This document shows, piece by piece, positions 21,897-32,714 of a stretch of 64,000 nt of DNA. The position numbers and the translations under genes were made by a program. Position 1 is the first letter of the stretch; each line of letters starts with the position of its first letter. The notes beneath the pieces were generated by a model. The model searched no databases, was not told the origin of the DNA, and saw only the letters and a list, made by a program, of their open reading frames with translations. Origin of the DNA: Candidatus Poribacteria bacterium (GTDB taxonomy: Bacteria > Poribacteria > WGA-4E > WGA-3G); assembly GCA_965197475.1 (NCBI GenBank), contig CBDANF010000003.1, positions 2,304,001 through 2,368,000 of the forward strand. The letters run 5' to 3'.

Positions 21897-24800
21897 ATGA
21901 ATCAAACACAGTCAAAAGAAAATACTATCAACCTACCCCCGCGCATGAAAAAAGCACTGGAACAGTACCGAAAACGGGTATGGATAATCAAACTTGCCGA
22001 AGGCACATTAGCAGCAATTTTTGGTATCATCATTTCGTATCTCATCGTATTTGGCTTAGACCGAATTTTTGATACGCCCACGCTTTTACGCGCGCTCATC
22101 TTGGTAATCGGGATGGTGGGTATGGTGATTTTTCTGCCACTGAAGTACTACAATTGGGTGTGGCAGAATCGGCAACTTGAAGGAATCGCTCGGTTGTTGC
22201 AGCATAAGTTCCCCCGTTTTGGCGATCACGTGCTTGGCATCGTGGAACTTGCGTCAGAAAGGTCAGATCGGTCATCAAGTCCTGCGCTTGTTGCAGCCGC
22301 TATGCGTCAAGTTGATGAAGAGGTAGCAAAACACAATCTCGCAGATGCTGTGCCGAATCCTCAGCACCGTCGGTGGGCATTGGCTGTAGGTCTGCCTTTA
22401 GTCTTAGTCATCATCGGAGTGCTTGTGATCCCCGCAACAACTCGGAACACGCTTGCTCGATGGTTGACCCCGTGGCGTAACGTGGATCGATATACCTTCG
22501 CGCAATTGGACGGTGAATCGGATCTTCGAGTGGTGGCTTATGCGGAACCTTTTGATGTTGAAGCGCGCCTGAAAGACGAGTCACCATGGAAACCCGAGTC
22601 GGGCGAGGCACGATACGCAAACCAGATACCTATAACAGCAGAACGAGATGGGGCAGCCTACAAATTTCAGTTGCCGCCGCAAACCGAAGACGGCAGCGTT
22701 AATCTTCGAGTAGGAGATGCGCGGCGTTCTATACCAGTTGAACCCAAATTAAGACCCGCGCTGAAAGAACTTATTGCCAAGGTTCAGCTGCCCGAATACC
22801 TGCAACGCCAAGAACCGCAAATAGATGATGTGCGAGGCGGAATAGTAAACTTAGTGAAGGGAAGTACCGCGACCTTAGAAGCCACTACGACACGCGAACT
22901 GTCAGAAGCAACGTTAAACAATCGTCCTCAAAAGGTGGATGGCGCACGCGTGATGACCGAACCTATATCAACAGATACAACGATAGAGTTGCGCTTGACA
23001 TGGCGTGATCGTTTTGGACTCGCCGCCAGTGAACCACAGGTGCTACAGCTTGAGGTGGAAGACGATGCAGAACCGACAGTTGCCATCAAAAAACTAAAGA
23101 ACAATCAAGTTATCCTTTCTACGGAGACACTTGCCTTTGAGATTCAGGCGAGGGATGACTTCGGGGTGAAGCGGATCGGTTTGGAATGGGAAGGCATTAA
23201 GAACCCTATCCAAAACCCTGATCCTGCCATTGGCGAAAAAATCGTGTCATCAGGAAGCCCAACTTCGGAGGAACTCAACGTTCCGGCAACATTATCTGTT
23301 GAACGTGAAAATGTCAAACCCCAAAGTCTGCGTTTGCGTGCCTTTGTGGAGGACTATTTTCCTAAACGCGAGCGTGCCTATTCACCGCAAATCGTGCTAC
23401 ATGTCCTTGCACCAGCAGAACACTTTAAGTGGGTAATCGGACAAATGCAGCGTTGGGCAGGCGCGGCGAAGGATGTCCACGATAAAGAGTTGCAATTACA
23501 CCAAACCAATCGTGAACTGCGCGACCTACCTGCTGAAGCACTTGATGACCCAGCACAACGCAAAAAGTTACAGAATCAAGCCGCGGCAGAACGCGCTAAT
23601 GCAGCAAAACTTGATAGCCTCATCGAAACCGGCATGGGCCTGCTTCAAGAAGCAGCGAAAAACGATGAATTTGATGCGGGACAACTCGACTCGTGGACTG
23701 AAATGCTCAAACAGTTAGAGGAGATAGCAGGAAAGAAGATGCCTTCTGTCGCAAATTTACTTGCACAGGCATCCGAAGCACAAGGACAATCCTCCAATCC
23801 CTCTCCATCTGGTGAACCTACTAATCCCTCACAAACTGATCCTACACAACAGGGAAACCAGACACCAAATGGAAAATCTCAACCGTCTGATAGCAAATCG
23901 GGTAAGTCGGAAGACGATATCAAAAAATATGGTCCCGATAGTAATAAATCATCTGAGAAGGCAGACGAGAATCCTGATGATCCAAACAAACCCGGTGATT
24001 CGGCAAGCGTGAATCGGAGTAAACCGGCAGATGGTAAGCCAGGTTTTTCACCTGCGAATCCCACACCTGGTGTGTCAGATGTTGAATCAGGATTCAACAA
24101 GCCTGATAAACCACCAGGGGGAGAACCCTCACAAGTCGTTGGTGGGATGGGGATTCCTACCACTACTCTCAAAGGGAGCGGTAGAAATGATCAAGATCAA
24201 AGCACAGAAACGCCGCAAGCATCAGAACTTGTTCTGGAGGCGTACGAAGAACAACAGGAATTGCTGGATGCCTTTGCCAAACTATCGGATGAGATGAAAA
24301 AGCTGCTTGTCGGTTTTGAAAACAGCACATTTGTGAAACGCTTGAAAGCAGCCTCACGAAAGCAGGTTGATATTGCGGATGATCTCAACAATCTGGATAG
24401 TTTCGGTCTTGCTGACAGAGGAACAAACAATCAGACCGAACGAAAACGTTTAGCAGAACTTGAAGACGCTGAGTCAAAAAAAGTGACAACTATCATACAA
24501 GACATGGCGGCATATACCGACCGACGTCCGTCTGCCAACTACTTGCGTGTCCTTTCGGAGATGGAGGACGCTTCTGTCGCGAACCAGATGCGTGATCTTA
24601 TAAGGTCAATTAACAGAAATTTTGTCGGGCAATCAACTATTGAGGCAGAATTTTGGGCAGATACACTGGATCGATGGGCTGAACAGTTGGTAGACCCGTT
24701 ACCCGAAGCAGAACCTGGAGAAGGAGGAATGACCGTCCTCCCGAACCTGCCACCAGAAATCATCCTGAAAGTGTTGCGCCTGCTCAATCGCGAGATTCAA

Positions 24801-25334
24801 TTGCGGGAAGAAACGCGCGAGGCTGAGCAAGCAAAGGAAGCACTCAGTAACGACAAATATTACGAGCGAAGCGAAGCATTGAGCGATACACAATACGATA
24901 TCACAGAGGATACTCGGGAAGTCGCAAGGGAAATAAGTCTGCTACCCAATGCCGACGAACCGCTGATTCAGCAACAATTCGCCAAGGTATCACGGGCATC
25001 CTTGGTTATGGACGAGGCAGAATCAATCCTTGCGAAACCTGACACCGGACCCAAAGCAATCGCAGCTATTTCAGAAGTGATCGAAATTCTACTTGAAACA
25101 CAACGTGTTCCAAATACCCCCGGCGGTGGAGGTGGCGGACAATCGCCAGGTGGTGGACAAGGATTAGCTGCAATAGTTTCCGCATTAAGACTCATGGGTG
25201 CTGGTGATGACAGCGGCAAAGCCTTCATTGAAAATCGGGCACCGAAACAAGCGACAGGCAAAGCTGGGCGTGTATTACCCGAAGAATTTCGCCAAGGATT
25301 GGACGCTTATTTCAACGTTTTAGAAGGAAAGTAG
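21897..25334 (+). CDS. Large membrane-anchored coiled-coil protein (DUF4175-like, MoxR cluster)
   Basis: N-terminal TMs, A.DDFGV Ig-like motif, Q/S/P/G low-complexity tract and C-terminal LPEEFRQGLDAYF. Confidence 0.7.
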   Translation: MNQTQSKENTINLPPRMKKALEQYRKRVWIIKLAEGTLAAIFGIIISYLIVFGLDRIFDTPTLLRALILVIGMVGMVIFLPLKYYNWVWQNRQLEGIARLLQHKFPRFGDHVLGIVELASERSDRSSSPALVAAAMRQVDEEVAKHNLADAVPNPQHRRWALAVGLPLVLVIIGVLVIPATTRNTLARWLTPWRNVDRYTFAQLDGESDLRVVAYAEPFDVEARLKDESPWKPESGEARYANQIPITAERDGAAYKFQLPPQTEDGSVNLRVGDARRSIPVEPKLRPALKELIAKVQLPEYLQRQEPQIDDVRGGIVNLVKGSTATLEATTTRELSEATLNNRPQKVDGARVMTEPISTDTTIELRLTWRDRFGLAASEPQVLQLEVEDDAEPTVAIKKLKNNQVILSTETLAFEIQARDDFGVKRIGLEWEGIKNPIQNPDPAIGEKIVSSGSPTSEELNVPATLSVERENVKPQSLRLRAFVEDYFPKRERAYSPQIVLHVLAPAEHFKWVIGQMQRWAGAAKDVHDKELQLHQTNRELRDLPAEALDDPAQRKKLQNQAAAERANAAKLDSLIETGMGLLQEAAKNDEFDAGQLDSWTEMLKQLEEIAGKKMPSVANLLAQASEAQGQSSNPSPSGEPTNPSQTDPTQQGNQTPNGKSQPSDSKSGKSEDDIKKYGPDSNKSSEKADENPDDPNKPGDSASVNRSKPADGKPGFSPANPTPGVSDVESGFNKPDKPPGGEPSQVVGGMGIPTTTLKGSGRNDQDQSTETPQASELVLEAYEEQQELLDAFAKLSDEMKKLLVGFENSTFVKRLKAASRKQVDIADDLNNLDSFGLADRGTNNQTERKRLAELEDAESKKVTTIIQDMAAYTDRRPSANYLRVLSEMEDASVANQMRDLIRSINRNFVGQSTIEAEFWADTLDRWAEQLVDPLPEAEPGEGGMTVLPNLPPEIILKVLRLLNREIQLREETREAEQAKEALSNDKYYERSEALSDTQYDITEDTREVAREISLLPNADEPLIQQQFAKVSRASLVMDEAESILAKPDTGPKAIAAISEVIEILLETQRVPNTPGGGGGGQSPGGGQGLAAIVSALRLMGAGDDSGKAFIENRAPKQATGKAGRVLPEEFRQGLDAYFNVLEGK

Positions 25335-25371
25335 TAGACATACGGTGTGCCGTAAAGCAGAGGGGAAACCG

Positions 25372-25710
25372 ATGGTTGATGCGCAAGAAGACTCTATCCC
25401 GTTTGAAGTATTCGCCAGTTTCAAGCGGATAGAGACAGGCAATCCGATCATTTCGCTTCCACCACCCCTCTGGGCAGCAGCGACTCATGCTATCGTTGTT
25501 GATGACAAGGCACACTACATCTGGTGCAAACGCGAACCGGACAACGTTTGTTGGGTGATGATGCATGCGACAGCACCCATTAGTGACCTAACGGACATCA
25601 CACAGGATGCGCGTAATCCTATTCTTGAACCTTCAGCGGACGGCTTTGATAACGCAGCTGTTGAGTATCCATTTCCCTTTCTAAATCCTGCTGATGGCAA
25701 GTTCTATATG
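25372..25710 (+). pseudogene. 5' fragment of a five-bladed beta-propeller glycoside hydrolase-like gene, truncated by an IS end
   Basis: NPII and NPILEP..GFD..VEYP..DGKFYM blade motifs. The ORF runs into IS sequence at 25711 and the remainder was not found. Confidence 0.65.
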
Positions 25711-25824
25711 GAACTCATAGCGAGTAAGAGCTAAGCATCGTTGAAAGTTCTCCGAAAGTTTATCATTGAACTCATAGCGAGTAAGAGCTAAGCATCGTTG
25801 AAAGTTCTCCGAAAGTTTATCATT
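25711..25824 (+). repeat. 57-bp tandem duplication of the IS5 distal end
   Basis: GAACTCATAGCG...AAGTTTATCATT occurs at 25711-25767 and 25768-25824. Confidence 0.9.
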
Positions 25825-26525
25825 GAATATGCTAAATTACGAAAACCTAAACGGGTTTCTTTGAGTTTATCATAACTAAGGGCAAGTTTCCGATAAGTCT
25901 CTTGCCAACCCAAGGTTCGCTCCACTTTATATCGGTCTTTGTCCATTTCTTTGTTAAACCACCGGAACGGACGGGCAATTACAATAGGTTCTTTGGCATT
26001 CCGCCGGTTCGGATAGATCACCGGGAGCAGCCCGTGTTGTTTGATAATCTTATGATTCTTTTTGGAATCAAAACCGGAGTCCAGTGTTAGAGCGGAAGCA
26101 TTGAGGTCCATTCCAATACGATTAGCAAAGGCGATAAGATCGGTGAGTGTTTCGGGCAAAATCTTTGTCCCATCTTGGTTGACAGGTTTGATGGTTATCG
26201 GGCTGATGATGAACCCCTGATTGTCAGTGATGATCAACTCTTTTTCACCTTTTTGATGTTTGTGGCCTGAATAACCGATGTTGTCCCCTTTTTTCACGAC
26301 GGTATTTGACCCATCTCCATGAAGTTGAGAGGTGTCAAGTTGGTCGGTGTCAAGCAGGTGTATCACTGATGCCTCAAAAAGTTTCTGATACGAGCCATCT
26401 TTTGACCACCGATTATGCCATTTATAGATATTAGACCAATGGAGTTCAGGATGCCGGGTTCGGAGTTGATCCCATTGAATACCCGTATGTAAAACATAGA
26501 GGATATAGTTGAATATCTTGTCCAA
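25788..26525 (-). pseudogene. IS5-family transposase, 5'-truncated
   Basis: IFNYILYVLHTGIQW, GDGS..KKG, LDSGFD and RYKVERTLGW. No ATG start or matching second end is visible upstream. Confidence 0.8.
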
Positions 26526-26612
26526 GGAGAGTTTCGGCGGGTGTGTAAAGTTTTTGTACAGGTATGAATTGGAAAGATGTTACAAGTTTTACCCAAAAAT
26601 GGTATCCTATCC

Positions 26613-27629
26613 TAACGTGAGTTTGATAAATATTTTTAGAAGTTACATATCATTGGCAACTGACAGTCTTTTTCCTGAAGTTCTTTATGTTTGAGTGAAG
26701 GTTTCTTCTTCAGACAGGTATAAGCGATCAAGGCAGCAACTGTGTTCACTTGAAAGTTAACAGGACTTCTATGTCGTGTGTGTTGTCCCTCTGTCTGACT
26801 TTTGAGTTCTTTATTTACGGACTCAACGAGCATCCGTTTCTTCAAGAGTGCTGTATCAGCATCAGACAAAGGTTCAGGTTTCATATTCGGACGCACTTTG
26901 TAAATGAGGGACACGCCTTCTTCTTGGAGTCTCTCCCGCAGATTTTTGGCGATATATCCTTTATCGGCAAATAGTTTGCCAAAGAGCCCACGACACAACT
27001 GTGGCACGGGTTGCCTGTCATCTACGTTTCCCCGTGCCACCATAGCGGACAACAGTTCACCTTGGTCGTTGATGACGACATGTAGTTTGAACCCATAGAA
27101 CCATCCCATAGAAGTTTTAGCACGACCCGCACACTCAGCGAAGACGCGATGCGTTGAAATCCGACGATTGTGGCAGACCGGAAGGGGTGTTGAGTCTATG
27201 AAGGAAATCCCACGACATTCACCGAAACGGGTGTTCAGAAAAATAGACAGCGGAACCAATACCTCTTGTGAGAGCTGCACAAAACGACTATAGCTGACAA
27301 GTTTTGGAAACGCCCAACGCAACTGGCAGCAAACATAATCCTGATAATAGGCTTTAAAGTTTTTATACCGCTTCTGATGAAAATGCACAAGTATCGTCAT
27401 GACTTCGCTCGGATGAAGACACCGAAGTCTGCCACGGGTATTGCTTGTTCCGGGGATTTCCGGTAACTGGTGTTGTGCTTGATATTGTTCGGACGCAAGA
27501 AAAAAGTCGTCAATTCCACAGAAAAGTGTTATGATATCCATCAGAGAACTCCTTTGTCCGTATTTGATATACTTCATAATAACAAAGGGGTTCTCTATTT
27601 ACCAGTTTTTAATTATCAAACTCACGTTA
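26613..27629 (-). mobile_element. IS982-family insertion sequence
   Basis: 17-bp perfect TIRs TAACGTGAGTTTGATAA (26613-26629) and TTATCAAACTCACGTTA (27613-27629). No TSD. Confidence 0.88.
26636..27577 (-). CDS. IS982-family transposase
   Basis: FIDSTPLPVC, GWFYGFKLH, ADKGY and RHRS..NF. Confidence 0.92.
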   Translation of the reverse strand: MKYIKYGQRSSLMDIITLFCGIDDFFLASEQYQAQHQLPEIPGTSNTRGRLRCLHPSEVMTILVHFHQKRYKNFKAYYQDYVCCQLRWAFPKLVSYSRFVQLSQEVLVPLSIFLNTRFGECRGISFIDSTPLPVCHNRRISTHRVFAECAGRAKTSMGWFYGFKLHVVINDQGELLSAMVARGNVDDRQPVPQLCRGLFGKLFADKGYIAKNLRERLQEEGVSLIYKVRPNMKPEPLSDADTALLKKRMLVESVNKELKSQTEGQHTRHRSPVNFQVNTVAALIAYTCLKKKPSLKHKELQEKDCQLPMICNF

Positions 27630-27654
27630 AATTAGTTAGATGGAGAAACATCAG

Positions 27655-28695
27655 ATGTTAAATTGGGGAGTTATCGGTGCTGGTGGCATCGCTTATGTAT
27701 TCTGCAACGGTATGCGTTTTACAGACACAGGACAGATATTTGCCGTTGCGAGCCGCACTACATCCAAAGCGGAGAAGTTTGTTAATGATTTTGAAATACC
27801 GCGTCAATACAGCAGCTATGAAGAACTGTTGGCAGATGATGATATTGATGCAGTCTATATTGCGACAATTCATCCATTTCACGCGGAGTGGGCAATAAAG
27901 GCAGCGGAAGCAAAGAAGCATGTTCTGGTTGAAAAACCGATTAGCATGAATCACGCGGAAGCTGCATCAATGGTTGAAGCAGCGCGTAAAAACGATGTGT
28001 TTCTGATGGAAGCGTTTATGTACCGTTGCCATCCACAAATACAACGTATGGTTGAGTTGATACAGGATGGGAAAATCGGTGAGGTGCGACTTATTCGGGC
28101 AACGTTCGGTTTTCAATCAAATTTCAATTCCGAGAGTCGGCTTTTTAATCGTGAAATGGGTGGCGGTGGAATCCTTGATATTGGGTGTTATACCGCCTCA
28201 ATGGCACGAAAAGTGGCAGGCGCAGCGGCGAACAAACCGTTTTTAGACCCGATTTCGGTAAAGGCGAATGGAAAAGTAGGACCAACCGGTGTTGATCATA
28301 TCGCTGCTGCAACGCTCAAGTTTGAGAATGATATTATTGCGGAGATCATTTGCGCAGTTGAATGTAACATTGGAAGTGGCACTACTATCTACGGGTCTAG
28401 CGGAACTATCACGATTCCAAATCCTTGGCTTCCGTCCTCGCCTTGCCGTGGTGTGAGAAATCCTGCGCCATTAGATACAACCTTTCCGCCAAGTCAAATT
28501 ATCCTAAACTCCTATCAACGCCGAGAATCATCCGAGATAACCGTTGAGGTAGACCGCGATCTTTTTACCTACGAAGCAGATATGGTAGCAAACCACATTG
28601 CTGATCGGCAAACACCGGCGATGTCTTGGGACGACACCTTAGGCAACATACAGCTATTAGACGCTTGGCGCGAAGAAATAGGCGTTGTTCATTGA
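27655..28695 (+). CDS. Gfo/Idh/MocA-family oxidoreductase
   Basis: WGVIGAGGIA, VLVEKP and GGGILDIGCY. ATG 27655 follows GGAG. Confidence 0.92.
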   Translation: MLNWGVIGAGGIAYVFCNGMRFTDTGQIFAVASRTTSKAEKFVNDFEIPRQYSSYEELLADDDIDAVYIATIHPFHAEWAIKAAEAKKHVLVEKPISMNHAEAASMVEAARKNDVFLMEAFMYRCHPQIQRMVELIQDGKIGEVRLIRATFGFQSNFNSESRLFNREMGGGGILDIGCYTASMARKVAGAAANKPFLDPISVKANGKVGPTGVDHIAAATLKFENDIIAEIICAVECNIGSGTTIYGSSGTITIPNPWLPSSPCRGVRNPAPLDTTFPPSQIILNSYQRRESSEITVEVDRDLFTYEADMVANHIADRQTPAMSWDDTLGNIQLLDAWREEIGVVH

Positions 28696-28714
28696 AATAA
28701 CGTCATTATGTCGG

Positions 28715-28739
28715 TATGCGCGCTTACAAAGCGCGCATA
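28715..28739. repeat. GCGCGCTT..AAGCGCGC palindrome (REP-like)
   Basis: Related copies at 47762-47783 and 55023-55047. Confidence 0.6.
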
Positions 28740-28760
28740 GATAAATTGGAAGGACACACG

Positions 28761-29534
28761 ATGTTAACAATCTGTTATGACCCGTATTCTGGGACATTGG
28801 GAAGATTTACACGTGCAGAGATTTTTAGTCTTGTCGCAGATGCAGGTTACGAAGGTATCAACATTCCCGTGAATTCGGCGTTCCTCGGTGAACTTTCAAC
28901 TGCAGAAATAGAGGATGCAGTGAAACTTGCTGAGAAGCACAACCTTGTCGCACCAACAATTGGTTTCGGCAACCATATTTTGACAACCCCTACCCGAAAA
29001 GATGAGGCGTTGCAGTATTTTGAGATTGTACTTGATGTCGCACGCCAATTTGAGGCTGACTTTATCGGGGTTTGGGTGAATCCGTCAGCAGATGTCTCGC
29101 GACAGGATTCTCTGGATGCACTCGCCGATAATCTGTCTCAGATGGTACCTGCTTGTCAGGAACACAACATAAAAATCGCCCTTGAGTTTGAGAAGGGATG
29201 TCCGCTTGATAACTATCGCGAAGGTGTTGCATTTATTTCGGACACAGGATTACCTGTCTATTTGACGTGTGATACGTACCATCTATTCAACGATGGCACG
29301 GAGCCTCACGCTGCAGCACTTGCGATGAAAACGTGTTTAGGAGATGTGCATGTATCAGGGAGCAACCGTGGTGAACTGGGTGGCGGTGTTTTTGATTTTG
29401 AGACTTTTGCGAAAGGTTTGAAAGAGATAAATTTTTCGGGGCCGCTTGTGGTTCAATATAAGATGGAAGATGTAACGAGTATAAAACGAAGTTGCGAATT
29501 TACACAGAAATTCCGAGAGATGATACAGTCGTGA
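28761..29534 (+). CDS. Sugar phosphate isomerase/epimerase (xylose isomerase-like TIM barrel)
   Basis: IALE, DTYH, HVS..NR and G..DF. Confidence 0.85.
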   Translation: MLTICYDPYSGTLGRFTRAEIFSLVADAGYEGINIPVNSAFLGELSTAEIEDAVKLAEKHNLVAPTIGFGNHILTTPTRKDEALQYFEIVLDVARQFEADFIGVWVNPSADVSRQDSLDALADNLSQMVPACQEHNIKIALEFEKGCPLDNYREGVAFISDTGLPVYLTCDTYHLFNDGTEPHAAALAMKTCLGDVHVSGSNRGELGGGVFDFETFAKGLKEINFSGPLVVQYKMEDVTSIKRSCEFTQKFREMIQS

Positions 29535-29571
29535 GATTACAATTCGAACGGGTTAAAAAGTCTCAGTTTTT

Positions 29572-30933
29572 CTATTGTTCCTTCAAAAGACGTTCAATTT
29601 CTAAAGCGACTTCAGGATCAGTTTTCTTGAGACGTTGGACACCTTCTTTTCCTGGGTATCGTGTAGTGATTTCATAAGCACGCACGATGCGTTCGGGATC
29701 AAACATGGGTTTTCCACCTTCAAGATGTCTCTCTACCTCTATGATGAGGAAGTCACTCCTTCGATTAACGAGTTTCCTGCTTAGGATATTTTGCACCCAA
29801 TCTCGAAATTGGTAGAATTCCCGTATTTCTCTTTCCTGTTGCGCATTAACCGATTGAAACGTTAACACCTTGCGAATTGTATTCTCGTTAGGATCGGGCA
29901 CCAATTTAATTGCTGACTTCCAGTACTTCCCTCCTTCAATCGCATACAAATTGCTTTCATCAGCATAGAAATAATCGACATGTATTAGAGAAGGGGGAAA
30001 TTTCTCCTTTTCACGGTTTTCACGGTTCCGTATTGTTATACTCTTTTTGTAGCAAAACCATGCAGTCTTTACATCACCGAGCCTTTCGTATTCCCTGCCT
30101 AAGCCCATAAGTCCGAGTGTGGGATCAAGAAGGTTCGCCCTCTTGAGATATTGAAGTGCTTCCTCAGGAGAGTGGTCAAGCAAACGATATCCTAATCCGC
30201 TCAGTGTAGGTGGATGATTGGGGTGCTTGATGAGAATCTTGCGGTATAGCGCGGCAGCTTTCGTATTGTCTTTTTCATAACGAACCATGTGTGCTTGAGC
30301 ATCAGGGTTGTCCGGATCTTTGGCGAGAATACGTTCCGCGTAGGCTTTGACTGTATCCCTTGATACCAGTATTCTATTGAAGTATCTAAAAGCACGGCGA
30401 GGTTCCAGTTTTTCTAATATGGTAGGTTTGTAAATATGCTGGGATTCAAGGAAGTCAACAACATATTCAAGGTCTATCTTTCCTTGTTTGTATTTGCCCA
30501 TTATAACTGCAAGTGTGATATCCACATGCATTGGGTCAAGAAATGCTTGAATATCGGGTATAAGTTGTAAGGGGAAGATCACAGTATTGGCATCCGACAG
30601 GGGTTGTAGTTGTGGTGAGATTACATCATTGATGTCAGTCGAAAGTTGTACTGGTGATGAAATTTTATCACTGACAGGACGGGGCAGCACCCGTTTTTTC
30701 GGGATAGCGTGTTGACGGGCGCGCTTTCTGGTCAAAAAAGGTCGTTTTTTAGGCGTTTCAACGCGCAATTGTTCGTTTTGTGAGGTATTGTCATCAGTTT
30801 TTGTCTGTTGGCTAATACTCGGTAATTCTACATCATTATTGCGATTGGTGTTGTATGGTCTAAGTAAAATATAGCCAATCACCAGAATGCAGACGCTAAG
30901 AACACTAATGAGAAGTTTTGTGGTTTTTGACAT
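29572..30933 (-). CDS. Membrane-anchored TPR-like hypothetical protein
   Basis: N-terminal TM and TPR-like helices (ALQYLKRANLLDP, GLGREYERLGD). Confidence 0.7.
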   Translation of the reverse strand: MSKTTKLLISVLSVCILVIGYILLRPYNTNRNNDVELPSISQQTKTDDNTSQNEQLRVETPKKRPFLTRKRARQHAIPKKRVLPRPVSDKISSPVQLSTDINDVISPQLQPLSDANTVIFPLQLIPDIQAFLDPMHVDITLAVIMGKYKQGKIDLEYVVDFLESQHIYKPTILEKLEPRRAFRYFNRILVSRDTVKAYAERILAKDPDNPDAQAHMVRYEKDNTKAAALYRKILIKHPNHPPTLSGLGYRLLDHSPEEALQYLKRANLLDPTLGLMGLGREYERLGDVKTAWFCYKKSITIRNRENREKEKFPPSLIHVDYFYADESNLYAIEGGKYWKSAIKLVPDPNENTIRKVLTFQSVNAQQEREIREFYQFRDWVQNILSRKLVNRRSDFLIIEVERHLEGGKPMFDPERIVRAYEITTRYPGKEGVQRLKKTDPEVALEIERLLKEQ

Positions 30934-31022
30934 GGTATCCTCCAAGCACTTTCCACATTTACCTTTAATTTATCACAATTTTGTGTCAAAGTCAAGAAAT
31001 TTGCTTTTCTGATAACCCTTCG

Positions 31023-32672
31023 TTAAGGATCAAGAGATAAGGGTTTGAGTTCGTTCGGTCCCGCTTCATACAGATATGGGTCCCTATCACTGTTTGGAAA
31101 ATACTGCGTGTAGACCGCTTTCCAGTCGCTGTTTGTCAACTTCCACCGTGGTGCAGGACCGAGTTTAAAGTAAATTATATCTGCTTCTTCCAAACTCTGA
31201 AAAGGGTAATCCCCTATTGGTGCGTCGCGGGTGCCAGGAATGAAAATTACAACGTTGTGAATATCTTCTTTCTTAACCAGCGGTGGTAATTTCTGATAGA
31301 CTCCACTCCAATTCTGATACACTTTCCCGATACGGACATAACTCCACACCGTGTTTACACTGAGCAACAAGAGACATATTCCAGCGACATAGGCGAGTTT
31401 GTTTTCCAATATCGGTTTTTTGAGTCGCTCATATAGGATAAACATTCCCTTCGCTGCAAGCGGAATGAAACCGAGAAATATCGACTCTGTGTAGTAGCGT
31501 GCATTGACCGGTGTAAATCCCCATGTTGACCCTTCAAAATAGAAAAACGCGTAAAGCAACAGACTCCCCACAATTAAAGCAATACATAACACATCATATC
31601 TGTTGCGTGAGGCATGAAAAAAGGGTATGAGGACAAAAAACCACGGTAATAGTAATGGCAAAAAGTCAAGAATGAAACTGAAGGACGCTTTAGGCTCTAC
31701 AAGCAAGTTCGGACGATAGTTTCCCCAACCAAGAGCATTGAAACTGATACATGGGAGAATGTGTCGCCAAGTCCTTTTAACTGCCCATTCGGGTTTAAAA
31801 TCAAAGGCATGCTCAAGATTCGGTTCGTAGCCTTCTGTGCGTTTCCCGAACCCTATTTTATCGTAAGGTTGCGCGGCGGTATGTGTAAACGTGAACGGGT
31901 TCCCGGTAAAATGGTGATTCCATGCCATACACACCAAAATCATGGCAGTAAATGGAATCAAGAAAATCCCTAACCGAAACATTAACTGCTTGCGTGTAGG
32001 TGAATTGTTCTGATTCTGCTCTTCCGTTACGTTGGACTCACCTGTCATTCTGGCTTTATACAGATAATAAAGCGCGAAACCTGCGCCGACTACACCAAAC
32101 ACGATAGCGGACAAAGGTCGCGTATTGAAAGCATACCCCAACGCAAATCCTGAGACAGGCGGATAGATAACATTCCTCACACCGTTTAAGGTGCGGATAA
32201 GCGTGAATAAATAGAGCACAAGGTAAAATCGGCTTACCGGTTCGCTGAACCATGTGGATCCCATCCCCGCAGTTGCCGGTGAAATCAGTGCGATCACAGC
32301 AGCGATAAGTGCAATCGGTTTACTGTATGTTTCTCTCACAAGAAGAAAAAGCAGGAACAGTGCGCCGCCTGTCGCAAGCACAGGAATAAGCCACGGCGCG
32401 TTCACAAATACCCCAAACATCAGCATTAACGCATTGCCAAACGGATATTTGGAATACCATTTATCATGCAGAATGTTAATATGCGGCGAAGACGAGAACC
32501 CGTATTCAGGTGGAGCGGGCATTGAAATTTTACCCTCTGCAAACAACTTTGCCTGAAATAGATACGATACGGTGTCGGGTTCAAAGTAGGAGAAGTTGAG
32601 ATAGATGCCGCTTAGTATTACTGATAGTAGCACACCGAGTATGGATATGATAAGAATAGGTTTGTTTTTCAT
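31023..32672 (-). CDS. GT-C-type (ArnT/PMT-like) integral membrane glycosyltransferase
   Basis: EPD..YLFQAKLFA.G, SKYP.G, many TM segments and an RYY motif. Confidence 0.7.
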   Translation of the reverse strand: MKNKPILIISILGVLLSVILSGIYLNFSYFEPDTVSYLFQAKLFAEGKISMPAPPEYGFSSSPHINILHDKWYSKYPFGNALMLMFGVFVNAPWLIPVLATGGALFLLFLLVRETYSKPIALIAAVIALISPATAGMGSTWFSEPVSRFYLVLYLFTLIRTLNGVRNVIYPPVSGFALGYAFNTRPLSAIVFGVVGAGFALYYLYKARMTGESNVTEEQNQNNSPTRKQLMFRLGIFLIPFTAMILVCMAWNHHFTGNPFTFTHTAAQPYDKIGFGKRTEGYEPNLEHAFDFKPEWAVKRTWRHILPCISFNALGWGNYRPNLLVEPKASFSFILDFLPLLLPWFFVLIPFFHASRNRYDVLCIALIVGSLLLYAFFYFEGSTWGFTPVNARYYTESIFLGFIPLAAKGMFILYERLKKPILENKLAYVAGICLLLLSVNTVWSYVRIGKVYQNWSGVYQKLPPLVKKEDIHNVVIFIPGTRDAPIGDYPFQSLEEADIIYFKLGPAPRWKLTNSDWKAVYTQYFPNSDRDPYLYEAGPNELKPLSLDP

Positions 32673-32714
32673 TTTTATCCGTTTATATCTGTTGATAGAC
32701 AGTTAGACGTGGTA

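Noticed and set aside
25711-25824. 57-bp direct repeat as CRISPR or att site
   Set aside because: There is no spacer. It duplicates the transposase 3' end and IS terminus.
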